This document shows, one piece after another, positions 50,527 to 63,168 of a stretch of 64,000 nucleotides of DNA; the stretch's first letter is position 1, and the number at the start of each line of letters is the position of its first letter. The notes under the pieces are model-generated. The model made no database searches and was not told where the DNA came from. It was given only the letters and a program-made list of their open reading frames with translations. The translations under genes and the position numbers were made by a program. The DNA comes from Macrostomum hystrix (taxonomy: Eukaryota > Animalia > Platyhelminthes), in NCBI GenBank assembly GCA_950097015.1, contig CATNEN010000005.1, positions 2,046,001-2,110,000 of the forward strand, in the 5' to 3' direction.

Positions 50527-50915
50527 ATGGTGCCAATGATGCAGAATGATGAATGGGAGTTGTCTATGGCCCATAGTAGCCACGTAAAGATGTTTGGGGC
50601 ACAGAAATTTAGCTGAGTTTTATTGAGCCCTCACTATATTTTTGATTTTAGAGACTTCGAGACTCTTCTTATTTGCAAATGGCTGGGCAGCCCCCAAGAC
50701 CTTTGTGGATTGTGCCACCAAATGAAGTTCTGCCAGCACAGGCACTGACGGAACTAAATATGAATTCAAGGGATCTGATGGAAGTGACAGCAAGTACTGA
50801 CGAGACTATGAAGCATGGCACTAGCGATGCCCTCTTTGAATCACATATCCAAGAGTATCTATGGCAATGCCTTCACCCGGGGCCTGCCAAGGCTTTTGAC
50901 AGCATTCTGTACTAG
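50527..50915 (+). CDS. Hypothetical 106-aa protein (exons 50527-50583, 50652-50915)
   Basis: ATG in AAAATGG context; 68-bp GT-AG intron joins phase 0 to phase 0 into track ORF 50673..50915; no family recognised. Confidence 0.45.
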
Positions 50916-51144
50916 ACTGGATTTGTCATTATTATCCAGTTTAGGAATCTGAGACAGTCAGGACTGCATTGAACTGAACTGAGCAATGCTCAGTGCCATT
51001 TAAAAATGTTTCCCACTAGTTGTGTTACCTGTTGATGTTGACTAAATATTGTTTAAATACAAGTACTCTAAAATAGCATTTTGCTATTGCAGCCATTATA
51101 TTCATTTGTGTACATGTTATACATTAAGTATTTTTTATGGCAGA

Positions 51145-51812
51145 GCTTATTCCCACGATCCCGTGCCAATAATTTCAATTTTATCCACACGGATCCGTGC
51201 CGATAATTTTCTGCTTATCCACACGGCAGCTTGTATGAATAGGTCTACAACTCTTTATATAAATAAGACAGAGTTTTCACTTTTATATATATAGATGCCG
51301 TGCCATTAATTTCAATTTTATCCACACGGTTCTGTTCTTTGAAACGAGGCCCTTTCGGGTTTGAACGTTTTATTGAACCCTCGAGCCAATAGATCGACAA
51401 AGTTGCCAGTGTGTTACGACAGTGTTCTACATTTTAACGTTTCGACCTACACATTCATTATAAACTGACTTATATTTCATTATAAACTTATATTCATTAT
51501 ATATTGACTTAAAAAAGTAAGAAGTCTATCAAAGAAAATCATACAAGTCAACCAGCAGAATTCTAGGCCTAGTCAGCACCAAACTCATCACACATATTAT
51601 ACATCATTGCTATTCTTTTACAACTTTGCATTGATAGTGTACACTATTATACACTATACTCTGAAGCAAAAGCCTTATGCTCAGAGAATAATAGGCAGGG
51701 ACTTGAAAGTAGACCTATTCATACAAGCTTCCATGTGGATAAGCAGAAAATTATCAGCACAGATCCGTGTGGATAAAATTGAAATTATTGGCATGGGACC
51801 GTGGGAATAAGC
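51145..51812. repeat. Inverted pair (~110-bp arms) of the GCTTATTCCCACG family; MITE-like
   Basis: 51145-51250 is the near reverse complement of 51705-51812; no TSD found. Confidence 0.65.
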
Positions 51813-51991
51813 ACTTCCATTTTTTATTTATTATCTTCACATTATTTCTTATATCAAGATGTCTGAATGGTAAAACAAGGAAATCATGATTCACTTATTG
51901 GTTTTTGCATCACTTGTTCTCTTTGTTTAGGCATTCGGTGACTATGGAGATCTACCAAGCATCTATACTCTACTGTATAGATGGCCTATTA

Positions 51992-52195
51992 CAAAGGCAT
52001 CCAAAAAGTCTCGAGACTTTCATGTAACTCTTTTTAACAGCAAGAATAGCAAAGTGAGTAGGCCTATTGCAAAGTATTTCACTGCATAATTTGCAAGTGA
52101 AGCTTATTTAAAATAAATAAAAATTTGTTCTTACGATTGCTGGCTGTTAAAAAGAGCTATGTAAAAAAGTCGTATGACTTTTTGGACAACCCTCG
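51992..52195. mobile_element. Degenerate mariner-type MITE flanked by TA
   Basis: Imperfect TIRs CAAAGGCATCCAAAAAGTC / GACTTTTTGGACAACCCTCG with TA each side. Confidence 0.55.
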
Positions 52196-53279
52196 TACTC
52201 GTAAAATTATTATCTTGCCGCGTAGGCCCTATGCTTCTGACGTCTAAGTAATTTTATTCAGAAATTTTCAGAGAACTACATCAAAGAAAATTTCTTAGTG
52301 CTAATGTATAGTTAAGTACAAATGAATCAAAAAATACTTTTTTCTATTGGCCTACTTCATAAGTGACAAAATTCGAAGAAAAACGTTGTAGGCCCATGTA
52401 TGTGTATGTGTCTGCAAGAAAAACCGACTTGAATTGCTGGGCCGCATTTTGAAAACGGCTCGAAACCATCCTCTTTTAAAACAAAATCATTTAAATCCAT
52501 TGGTGAATTGTTTCCTGCTGTTGATTTACTGTACAAATAAATTTACTCATTTTACTCATGGAATTAAACTAAGGTAATTCATTTACCACAAAAGCGTCCA
52601 GAGCCAAAGCCCAGAACCAAAATAAGTGCAGTGCAGTGAGTAAATAGTAACTAGATGCTGACGCAAGCCATATTATAGGAAGGTATATAATAATTGTTTC
52701 TAGCCAATTTCATTTTCCAACTTGACCTAGCCCAGTTAGGTCAGATATACAGCCAGTAGGGCAGGATACAAAAGATAAAAAAAATTTGAATCCAGAGCAA
52801 AAATTTTAGAAATTATTTACTTGAATTATAAGCACACCCGGGTCAAAATTAACATCCAGTGATTGTTTTACATGGCTCTGTAAAGTTTCACTAAAAAGGC
52901 TTGCAAAAAAAGAATTATCAGAATTAAACTACACACACCAGATAACGAGGAAGGAAAGAATAGAATGGAGTGCTATTCGGAGCCAGCTATTTTTGTTTCA
53001 CCCAATTTTCACTTTTAGCATCTTCCCCCCGTTCCTTCCTTATTGGAAAGTTTCTTTCGCCAATCTAAATGCTCCTTTGTGAGCGTACTCCTTCCTACAC
53101 GAGTGTCTACATGGCGTTGCTTAACTAAGCACACCAGTAGTGCCATTATCCAGCCATTATCTTGAGTTCTTACCTTCGAATAGCTTCATTGTCGCTCGAA
53201 AGTACCATAGACAAAATATTTGATTGAAGTTTTATAGCCGTAGCGCTGTTTGTCAAAGCTTTGACCACAAAGGTTTTAG

Positions 53280-54510
53280 CCATAGACTAACTTGCCGATT
53301 AGTTGCATGTCTTTCGACTGGGGTCACCCGGCCACTCCGAAATTGATTTTTTTCAACGCTATCAACATCTGGCAACGACCTCGCAGCTGACTAGTTACCT
53401 AGCCACCCCAAAGAGGGATCGGAACAAGTGACGAATTGCCGTTGCTGCCGGCAGAAAATGAAGACACAGCAGAAGTTTCATGCCTCACCAAAGGACCAGC
53501 AGTGCCGCTCGATATGATGGTACGCGAAGAGGTTGCAATTAAGCCTGCCCGAGCAAGACTCGGGAGCAGATGTTGGCCTACGGCTCAAGTTTTGTCAACT
53601 TCCTTTGCCGAGCATATGGAGCAGCCGTGCACGAATTGACTACTGCCAAGCTGGCAGAATTTCTGAGGTATTTCTACTTCAAACTACGACGCGCTGATAG
53701 AGCTAGGTAGCTATTCGCCGTCAGCCCTAGTCTGCATACGCGCTGGAATTCAACGCTATTTGACAATGATTGCAGGACTTAACACTCGTATAGCATCCTT
53801 AGCGGAGACGAAGGAGCTATTCGTCTACTGCGATTCAAAGTCTGTGAGTGGCAAACCTCAGGAGGCCAGGTTTGACCGTTTCCTCCAATCGAAGGAGACA
53901 TGCAGAAGCTGCGTTTGTACTTCGACCGCTCAACTGCCGAAGTTACCCAGGACGACATCGTGTCGTTTTTGTTACTGCGCATTGTTGTTCTCGTATTTTA
54001 TTGTATTGTTAGTGTGAGACATGCTAAATATATTGTGGACATTATCCAGAAGTTGACGCTAGAACCACAGATTATACTCGTATAGAGTGAAATCCAATTG
54101 TTGCAATAGTTTTTACCATAGACAAATATTATCTAAAAGCACTGACTAGCGACAAGGGCTCGTTAATGCCATAGACGAACGCTCAACTAAGCTGACAAGC
54201 CCCTTAATTCACTGCCAGAGTCCCGGGCATTTAATAAATTCAATTCAGTTATGTATAAGTTATCACCCACTTTTTTTATTTATTTTGGCCGGGAACGGCT
54301 GAGGACTCGTTTATTGGCCGAGGCGAAGCCGAGGCCAAGAAACGATGTCCGAAGACGTTTTCGGCCATAGATAAGTCAAACAAGTGGGTGATAATGTATT
54401 TATTCCACAGTTGAAGCCAGATAATTGTCACCGGACCAGATAAATTTCAACGGCCAAATAAATAAATTTATCTGGTCTATGGGCCAATCCAACTAGGGAA
54501 TAAATTAAAT
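53280..54510 (+). mobile_element. Decayed Crypton-like (tyrosine recombinase transposon) element
   Basis: Frameshifted peptide LAEFLRYFYFKLRRAD / SYSPSALVCIRAGIQRYLT at ~53630-53770 resembles the region N-terminal to DUF3504 in Crypton/ZMYM/QRICH1 proteins. Subterminal palindrome TTGGCCGAGGCGAAGCCGAGGCCAA. No catalytic core seen. Confidence 0.65.
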
Positions 54511-55587
54511 TTGAAATAGGGGGGTGGTCCATGGACGCAGCGGGGAGGCGAGGGTCGCCCATACCGCTAATATTTGAAATAGTTATTTAAGATAATAATA
54601 ATAATAAGTCCACTAATTTGATTTATAAATTCACGTATGCATAATTTATTTAAGTCTGCGCATTGGAAAGATAGTGATGCACTTGCAAATTAGTGATGCT
54701 TCTATCGCATTATTGTTAGTGTGGCAGAAACAGAAAGAGTACATGCTTTAACTCCCCGACATGCAGCCGCCAACCCTAAGCTCTGCATGCAGCTGCACTT
54801 ACTGCAAGAAAATCCCCCAATAAAGTACTCAACTTCTCTTGCAGTAACAACCTTGCAGGAAGGGAATTGCTGTCATCTGCAGTGGGTGGCAACGAATGAA
54901 ACGTTGGCAAAAGGATAAAGCTAGACTAGCTATCTTAAAATTCCGTGCATCTGTTGTCATGGGCTGCTGAGAGCAGAAATTTGACAGAAAAGCAGAAAGA
55001 CTTTGTTGTTCCACCTTTTAATAGAAATAAAACTGCGACGGCCCATTTTGAGATGGAATTAGGTTGTAAAGTCGGCAAAGATCATTAAAAGTGCCTCAAT
55101 CGACAAAATACGTTAACAAAGTTCATTTTGATGCGATGCATGATTCGGTAAGTGTGCAGTTATACGAGCTAACACAAAGTGTCACTATATTAATGCGTAT
55201 TGACCGTTGAAGGTTAGACAATTAGACAATAGACAATTGTCTCCTATTTAAAACCTGCCGACAAACTTCTCTTGCTGTAACGACTCGGGGTATGGGGAGT
55301 TAATATATCATGGAAAGGGGACGACTTGACTTAAGGGATGACATTAGGAGATAGGGAAGTAAGATAGTTTATGGGGGAAGCCAGCGAGATTATATAGGGC
55401 TGAGTACACGCATCACGCGCGTGAACCGTGGCGGAAAGTCTCCATTGACCCAGCCTTGACCCTGCGCAGTGTACAACCGAGTCCTGCCGCGCTCTGATTG
55501 GCCCGACGTTGTACAGTAAGCTTGGGGGAGGTGGGGCGGGTGATATTACATAGCAGTTGCGGAACAGTTGATTAATTATGCATTTAT

Positions 55588-55589
55588 AC

Positions 55590-55626
<37 letters not shown>

Positions 55627-55705
55627 CTTTTTTCCGTAAGCTTTATGTAGTAAAATAATAATTATACGAGCGTCTGTTCATAGATTAGATAGATTAGATT
55701 AGATA
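55588..55705 (+). repeat. (GATA)n and (TAGAT)n microsatellites
   Basis: Direct repetition. Confidence 0.9.
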
Positions 55706-55779
55706 TTCACAGATATCCCTATATAGATCTTATTCAATCGGTTGTCTGTATTTCAATCACTCATAATTTTTGTTTAGTT

Positions 55780-56166
55780 CAGGGGTCGGCAAACTTATTA
55801 GCTGGCGGGCCAAAGAGAGAATCTAAAAGACGACAGCGGGCCGCTTTGATTATTGAAATATGATATAAAGAAGAGATGAGACACGGGAGAGATGAGACAC
55901 GGGAGAGATGAGACACGGGAGAGATGAGACACGGGAGAGATGAGACACGGGAGAGTTGAGACACGGGAGAGATGAGACACGGGAGAGATGAGACACGGGA
56001 GAGATGAGACACGGGAGAGATGAGACACGGGAGAGATGAGACACGGGAGAGATGAGACACGGGAGAGATGAGACAGGATACTATAGGTGTTGGAAGGGGC
56101 AACGGGCCGGATTTGGGAGCTTCGAGGGCCGCATCTGGCCCGCGGGCCGGAGTTTGCCGACCCCTA
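55780..56166 (-). mobile_element. hAT-family MITE, 387 bp, with a short internal 16-bp array (GAGATGAGACACGGGA)
   Basis: TIRs CAGGGGTCGGCAAACT...AGTTTGCCGACCCCTA; perfect 8-bp TSD GTTTAGTT. Confidence 0.9.
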
Positions 56167-56734
56167 GTTTAGTTACTCTATCTCTAACCAATTGCAGTGT
56201 CATGCATAAGGCTTTTGACTAAAGTACGAGTACTAAGCATTCGTTTCTATAGGCAGAGTAAACGTTACATCTCTCCTTTGAGAATTCTTTCCCCAAACAG
56301 GCTTTGTTCCGTCCAATGCTTGTTTCATTTGAAAGCATGAATAAATTGCATGTGGAAAAAATTCCAGTGGAAAGACAGAAAAAATGCAGACAATGGGCTT
56401 AAAAACTGAACGATGCTCCAGAAAAAGAGAATATTTGTCTGCAGTCAATAAAAAATGTCATGATTCTGTCATCACTATGTACTTTAAAAAACTTGCAATT
56501 CAATTGTTATTACGGAGCCACTTTTATTTGAATAGAAATCGAGAAAATACAAAGGCTACATTTCTTTTGAGCTCTTCGTACACTAGAAATTTTCTAGGTT
56601 TATTGTTAACAAAATTTGTTTAAGAAATTTATAAACTAATAAATTAATTTGCAGCGATTAATGATATCGGAAAATGAAATTTTAGAAAATTTGATTACAT
56701 GTTATTGGGATTTGGTGAATGAAATGTTGGTATA

Positions 56735-57050
56735 TGCGGATTTCAGTGAATGGGATTTGAGTGAATGGGAATTTCAGCAAATGGGGATTTCTATGAATAG
56801 GGATTTCGGGGAATGGGGGACTTCTGTGAATGGGGATTTCAGTGTGACTGGGATTTCGGTGAATAGGGATTTCAGTAAATGGGGATATTTGTGAATAGGG
56901 ATTTCAGTAAATGGGGATATTTGTGAATGGGGATTTCGGTGAATGAGGATATTTGTGAACGGGGATTTCAGTGACTGGGACTTTTGTGAATGGGGATTTC
57001 GGTGAATGGGGATTTCGGTGAATGGGGATTTTGGTGAATGGGGACTTAGG
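56735..57050 (+). repeat. Degenerate ~16-17-bp repeat (GGGATTTCGGTGAATG)
   Basis: Direct repetition. Confidence 0.85.
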
Positions 57051-57089
57051 AATGGTGAATGAGGACTTCGAGGGGAAGATCACCTAAAA

Positions 57090-57238
57090 TGGTCGATTCC
57101 GCGGCGAGGCCACATTCATTTGGGGCGCAGCCGCCGAGAGAAGGCTTGTGGGCTTGTCATGCAATTTACGCCCTTGAGGGCCAACCTCCAGTATACAGTG
57201 AGAGTGTGGCACTGCCTGACGGTGAGAAAGTCAGGGCA
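57090..57238 (+). mobile_element. tRNA-derived SINE fragment
   Basis: Matches the SINE body; falsely extends track ORF 57059..58306 at its 5' end. Confidence 0.75.
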
Positions 57239-57316
57239 TCAACAGCACTTTTGAATATATGCTCGTATATCCAAAAACTCGAACCAATAAAGCAACAAAC
57301 AGTTTTCTTCTTTCAG

Positions 57317-60056
57317 ACGTTTGTCAACCTGCAGACGGGCAAATCTGCCAAGCAGCCGCCTTCGTTTAGCAGGGCCTCCATCCTGCTTCTACGACCACTG
57401 CAGAGGATCCGACTGCGGCTGAAATTCTGCCGATGTTCGCTCACCGTACTGATGATTGCGCTCATTGGTCTAGGCTCATACTACATTGTGCTCAGCTCAT
57501 TATTCTCCGGCTTCAATGACTCAAACTCTGCGACTGTACTGGGTGACAATGCTAGTTTTATTCAGCGATGGCTGCGCAAATGGCCAAAGGCAGTCCAACT
57601 TCGCCAGGCTTCAAGCATTGTCGCCGCCGACGCCAACGCCCTGACTGCCGTCCGCGAGATGGCACAGTTCGCCTGGAGCGGCTACGTCGAGTCCTGTCTG
57701 CGGAAGTTCAAAGGCGGCAACGAGCTGGCCCCGGTGTCCGGCGGCTGCACGTCATACTCGGACATTCTAGTCGGTCCTGGCAACTTCCTGACTGTGCTGG
57801 ACTCGCTGGACACTCTGTGGCTGCTCAATCTCAGAGCCGAGTTCGAACAGGCCCGAGCGTTCGTCTGCAGCTCGTTCAATCCCAGGAATTCCACTAGCGG
57901 GGAAGTGAATGTGTTCGAGACAACCATCCGTCTGCTGGGCGGCCTTCTTGGCGCCTTCGCGGTCACCCAGGACTCCATGTTCGGGCGGATGGCAGCTCAG
58001 CTGGGAGACGGACTTGGCGCCGCCTTTCTAGACGGCAAATTCCAGACTAGCATCCGCCTATTCAGCAACTTGAGCAGCCAGCGAGAGTTGCACCCGGCTG
58101 AGCTTGGTACTCTCTATTTGGAATTCGCTTACTTGTCAGAACTGACCGCCGACGAGAAGTACTACAACTGGGTGGAGCGAAATCAGCGAGCCCTGCTAGA
58201 GATCGAAGGCTTGGACGGAGTACTTCAGGTTTGTTGGCTAGCAAGACACTTAACTCTGCATTGCTTCAGCCTTGGAGATCTGAGTGTAGAAACTGGAAGT
58301 TTTTAGCGCAATGTCACTTTATTTATATAAGGCATCAATAATAAAAATAATGATAATAATTTCAGGAGGGCTGCGGGCAATAGTAGATCATTTTTTTGTG
58401 ACACTAGAACCTCAGCCGGCGAGGAGGCAATTCTGCCCATTCCGCTGACTCCTGAGCACACACGCACACAGATACTGTACGCAGGCACACGCTCACACAG
58501 GTGTGTACATCTGCCCTGACTTTCTCATCGTCAGGCAGTGTACAATTTCACAGTGCCTTGGAGGTTGGCCCTCAAGGGCGTAAATTGCACGACAAGCCCC
58601 CAAATCTATCTCTCGGCGGCTGCGCCCCAAATGAATGTGGCCTCGCGGCGGAATCGAGCTCAGGGACCTTGTTGCGAGAGACACTCACCATCTAAGAAAA
58701 CGTCAATACCTAAAGAACAAACTTCTAAACTTTTCAAAAAACGAAAATGTGACAATTTTTTGCGTTAAAATTTTCTAAATTTACGCTCGTAATTCAAAAA
58801 ATTGTAACCTAAACGAAGATAAGAGTTTTAGTCTTAAAGTGCAGCCTAGTTGCTAAAACCGGTGGACACAAGCTTCAGCTGTGATGCAGAGAATGGGTTG
58901 CCAAGTGTTTGCTATCCAAGTGGTGGATCTGAATTTCCCTATCTGGCCAGTGTATTTTCGGCACATTTCCAGTTTCTATGCTTCAGTTCACTCAGCTGTT
59001 AAATGGGTACCAGCATCACCAGCATCACCAGCATCACCAGCATCACCAGCATCACCAGCATCACCAGCATCACCAGCATCACCAGCATCACCAGCATCAC
59101 CAGCATCACCAGCATCAACAGCATCACCAGCATCACCAGCATCACCAGCATCAGCTGGGCTAATTGAGGATGGATGCGTCCTCCCCAGTCCATGGACTGA
59201 ACAGACATTACTACTGTTCAATTAATCAATCCTACAATTTCAGGTTCGTCTTGAGTCTAAGAAGCCAAACCAGCTTCAGCAGGCCTTAGGACCCTACTCA
59301 GCCGGTGCATTCACCGATTCCTACTATGAGTACCTAGTCAAGAGGTGCATCTTTGATCTGAAGCCGCAGAGAGACTGTGTGAAACAGTTTACTAAAGCTC
59401 TGGATGGCATTATGAAGCATCTGTCTATACGGGTCGGTAACAGAGACAACAAGGAGTATACCTGCATCACCCATCTGGATTTACCAGGTGGTTCGAAGCG
59501 ATGCGTCATGGAACACCTGACTTGTTTCGCTGGCGGGATGTACGCTCTGGCTTACTTGCAGGTTCCGAGTAGAACCGACTGGCTGAGATTTGCCGAGAAT
59601 ATTACCGAAGCATGCTACATGTCCTACGAGCATTCGCCATCAAAACTTGGCCCCGAAAAATTCTCATTCGATTCGAAAACGAACAGATTCGTTGCTGAGG
59701 AAAATTATTATATTCTCCGACCCGAAACTGTTGAGTCAATTTTCTATTTGTATCGAGTCACCGGCAATCCGAAATACCGCCAATGGGGCTGGAACATTGT
59801 AGAAGCTTTGAATAAGTCAGCAAGAATCGGATCTGGCTTCAGTGGCATTCAAGACTTGAGCGCTGTCAAACTGCAACACGACAACAAGCAATGGTCATTC
59901 TTTCTAGCCGAGACGCTTAAGTACTTGTACCTGTTGTTTTCACCTAGTGATTACCTACCACTTGATCAATGGATGTTTACCACCGAGGCACATGTCATTC
60001 CGACACGCATTAATCGCGCCAGGAGAACTAGGATCAGGACCAACGGACCGAAGTAG
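57317..60056 (+). CDS. GH47 class I alpha-1,2-mannosidase, type II membrane protein (exons 57317-58228, 59244-60056; first coding exon unresolved, candidate micro-exon ATGCATGATTCG at 55136-55147)
   Basis: TM segment, then VNVFETTIRLLGGLL, DSYYEY, LRPETVES, SFFLAETLKYLYLLF and TTEAH. Phase-0 intron 58229-59243. Confidence 0.9.
58337..58685 (-). mobile_element. tRNA-derived SINE copy in the mannosidase intron (antisense)
   Basis: Partial head, full body and (ATT)n tail. Confidence 0.8.
59009..59155 (+). repeat. 9-bp repeat (CCAGCATCA)n in the mannosidase intron
   Basis: Direct repetition. Confidence 0.95.
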
Positions 60057-60156
60057 CTATTGGCAGATGATTGATTGTGCAAATGATACGTTTGACAGCT
60101 TGACAGGATATTGATGCTTATAGAAGTTTTTGTAAAAACCGGCTTTTCGATATATG

Positions 60157-60705
60157 ACAGGTGGTTTCTCTAATGACAGGTGGTTTCTCTAATGACAGGC
60201 GGTTTCTCTAATGACAGGTGGTTTCTCTAATGACAGGTGGTTTCTCTAATGACAGGCGGTTTCTCTAATGACAGGCGGTTTCTCTAATGACAGGTGGTTT
60301 CTCTAATGACAGGCGGTTTCTCTAATGACAGGTGGTTTCTCTAATGACAGGTGGTTTCTCTAATGACAGGCGGTTTCTCTAATGACAGGTGGTTTCTCTA
60401 ATGACAGGTGGTTTCTCTAATGACAGACGGTTTCTCTAATGACAGGTGGTTTCTCTAATGACAGGTGGTTTCTCTAATGACAGGTGGTTTCTCTAATGAC
60501 AGGTGGTTTCTCTAATGACAGGTGGTTTCTCTAATGACAGGTGGTTTCTCTAATGACAGGTGGTTTCTCTATTGACAGGTGGTTTCTCTAATGACAGGTG
60601 GTTTCTCTAATGACAGGTGGTTTCTCTAATGACAGGTGGTTACTCTAATGACAGGTGGTTTCTCTAATGACAGGTAATTCCTCTAATGACAGGTGGTTTC
60701 TCTGT
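60157..60705 (+). repeat. 19-bp minisatellite (TGACAGGTGGTTTCTCTAA)
   Basis: Direct repetition, period 19. Confidence 0.95.
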
Positions 60706-61431
60706 CAATAACGCTGAAGGCGCTGAAAAAATATCTTCAAAATTTTCTATCTTAGTGCAATAAAATAGTAACATACGAGATAATATTTAGCCTATTTTCC
60801 TATCTTCTAATGTCATTTCTGTCCAGAAAAACTTGCTAATTTTAAGCCTTAATCACTGCAAGGGATGTTAATCGCATCAACTACTTAGAGTAGCATTGTA
60901 TAAGTAATTATTTTTCTTGTTTCTGACTGCATGACTTTTTAACTATTCAACTATTCAACTTTTTCAGCCTATATTGTTACATAGACTTTCTATTTATTAA
61001 TCAGAGAGACAAATATAAAATACAATATTGGTGCAATAAAAATATACACTAGTAGATTTCCGTCTTTGAAAAGCAGACCAGCATATGCTAGCTTGTGATT
61101 TGTTATCCAACTCAGCGACCAATCAGCGCGTCACCCGTTAAACTGTCGGCTGGGTTTCTTAAACCAGAGAGCCGCTATGAAAGTGGTCTGCGTATTGCCC
61201 TCTAAGCGATTGTATTAACATAAATTATCTACGGAATTTCTGCTAATGAAGAGCGATTGACTTTTCCAACAATTCAAGGTAAGTTTGGAACAGTGGCAAA
61301 CTTTTGGAAACTAACTATAATTTGATAGGTCGTTACAAATTTTGTTTTGAAGTCGTGTCAAATCTTCACATCTCAAATATGATCCTAAGTTTAAGTACTT
61401 GCACTCGCTATAGTTATACAAAAGTACAGCT

Positions 61432-63168
61432 GCTCTGCCTCAGATACTCTCCCTCAGATACTCTGCCTCAGATTCTCTCCCTCAGTTTCTCTCCCTCAGA
61501 TACTCTCCCTTAGATACTCTGCCTCAGATACTCTCCCTTAGATACTCTGCCTCAGATACTCTCCCTCAGATAATCTCCCTCAGATACTCTCCCTTAGATA
61601 CTCTGCCTCAGATACTCTCCCTTAGATACTCTGCCTCAGATTATCTCCCTCAGATAATCTCCCTCAGATACTCTCCCTCAGATACTCTCCCTCAGATAAT
61701 CTCCCTCAGATAATCTCCCTCAGATACTCTCCCTCAGATTATCTCCCTCAGATTATCTCCCTCAGATAATCTCCCTCAGATGCTCTCCCTTAGATACTCT
61801 CCCTCAGCTAATCTCCCTCAGATACTCTCCCTCAGATACTCTCCCTTAGATACTCTCCCTCAGCTAATCTCCCTCAGATACTCTCCCTCAGATACTCTCC
61901 CTCAGATACTCTCCCTCAGATACTCTCCCTCAGATACTCTCCCTTAGATACTCTCCCTCAGATACTCTCCCTCAGATACTCTCCCTTAGATACTCTCCCT
62001 CAACTAATCTCCCTCAGATACTCTCCCTCAGATTCTCTCCCTCAGTTTCTCTCCCTCAGATACTCTCCCTCAGATACTCTCCCTCAGATACTCTCCCTCA
62101 GATACTCTCCCTCAGATACTCTCCCTTTATTTACTCTCCCTCAGATACTCTCCCTCAGATACTCTCCCTCAGATACTCTCCCTCAGATAATCTCCCTCAG
62201 ATACTCTCCCTCAGATACTCTCCCTCAGATACTCTCCCTTAGATACTCTCCCTTAGATACTCTCCCTCAGATACTCTTCCTCAGATACTCTCCCTTAGAT
62301 ACTCTACCTCAGATAATCTCCCTCAGATACTCTCCCTCAGATTCTCTCCCTTAGATACTCTCCCTTAGATACTCTCCCTCAGATACTCTCCCTTAGATAC
62401 TCTCCCTCAGATAATCTCCCTCAGATACTCTCCCTCAGATTCTCTGCCTCAGTTTCTCTCCCTCAGATACTCTCCCTTAGATACTCTCCCTCAGATAATC
62501 TCCGTCAGATACTCTCCCTCAGATTCTCTCCCTCAGATACTCTCCCTTAGATACTCTGCCTCAGATTATCTCCCTCAGATAATCTCCCTCAGATACTCTC
62601 CCTCAGATACTCTCCCTCAGATAATCTCCCTCAGATAATCTCCCTCAGATACTCTCCCTCAGATTATCTCCCTCAGATTATCTCCCTCAGATAATCTCCC
62701 TCAGATGCTCTCCCTCAGATACTCTCCCTCAGATAATCTCCCTCAGATAATCTCCCGCAGAAAATCTCCCCCAGATAATCTCCCTCAGATACTCTCCCTC
62801 AGATACTCTCCCTCAGATAATCTCCCTCAGATACTCTCCCTCAGATACTCTCCCTCAGATAATCTCCCTCAGAAAATCTCCCCCAGATAATCTCCCTCAG
62901 ATACTCTCCCTCAGATTATCTCCCTCAGATACTCTCCCTTAGATACTCTCCCTCAGATACTCTCCCTCAGATTATCTCCCTCAGATACTCTCCCTTAGAT
63001 ACTCTCCCTCAGATAATCTCCCTCAGATACTCTCCCTCAGATACTCTCCCTCAGATTATCTCCCTCAGATACTCTCCCTTAGATTATCTCCCTCAGATAC
63101 TCTCCCTTAGATACTCTCCCTCAGATACTCTCCCTCAGATAATCTCCCTCAGATACTCTCCCTCTGAT
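61432..63168 (+). repeat. 14-bp satellite (CTCCCTCAGATACT), left arm of an inverted pair
   Basis: Direct repetition. Confidence 0.95.

Noticed and set aside
51170-51330. DnaA boxes (TTATCCACA) suggesting a bacterial oriC or contamination
   Set aside because: They are embedded in a multi-copy repeat within intron-containing eukaryotic DNA, with no bacterial genes nearby.
57059-57316. N-terminal part of the 415-aa track ORF
   Set aside because: It is read-through of minisatellite and SINE sequence upstream of the true acceptor at 57316.
58978-59221. Poly-His/Gln, (ASP)n and (DAG)n ORFs
   Set aside because: These are translations of an intronic 9-bp repeat.
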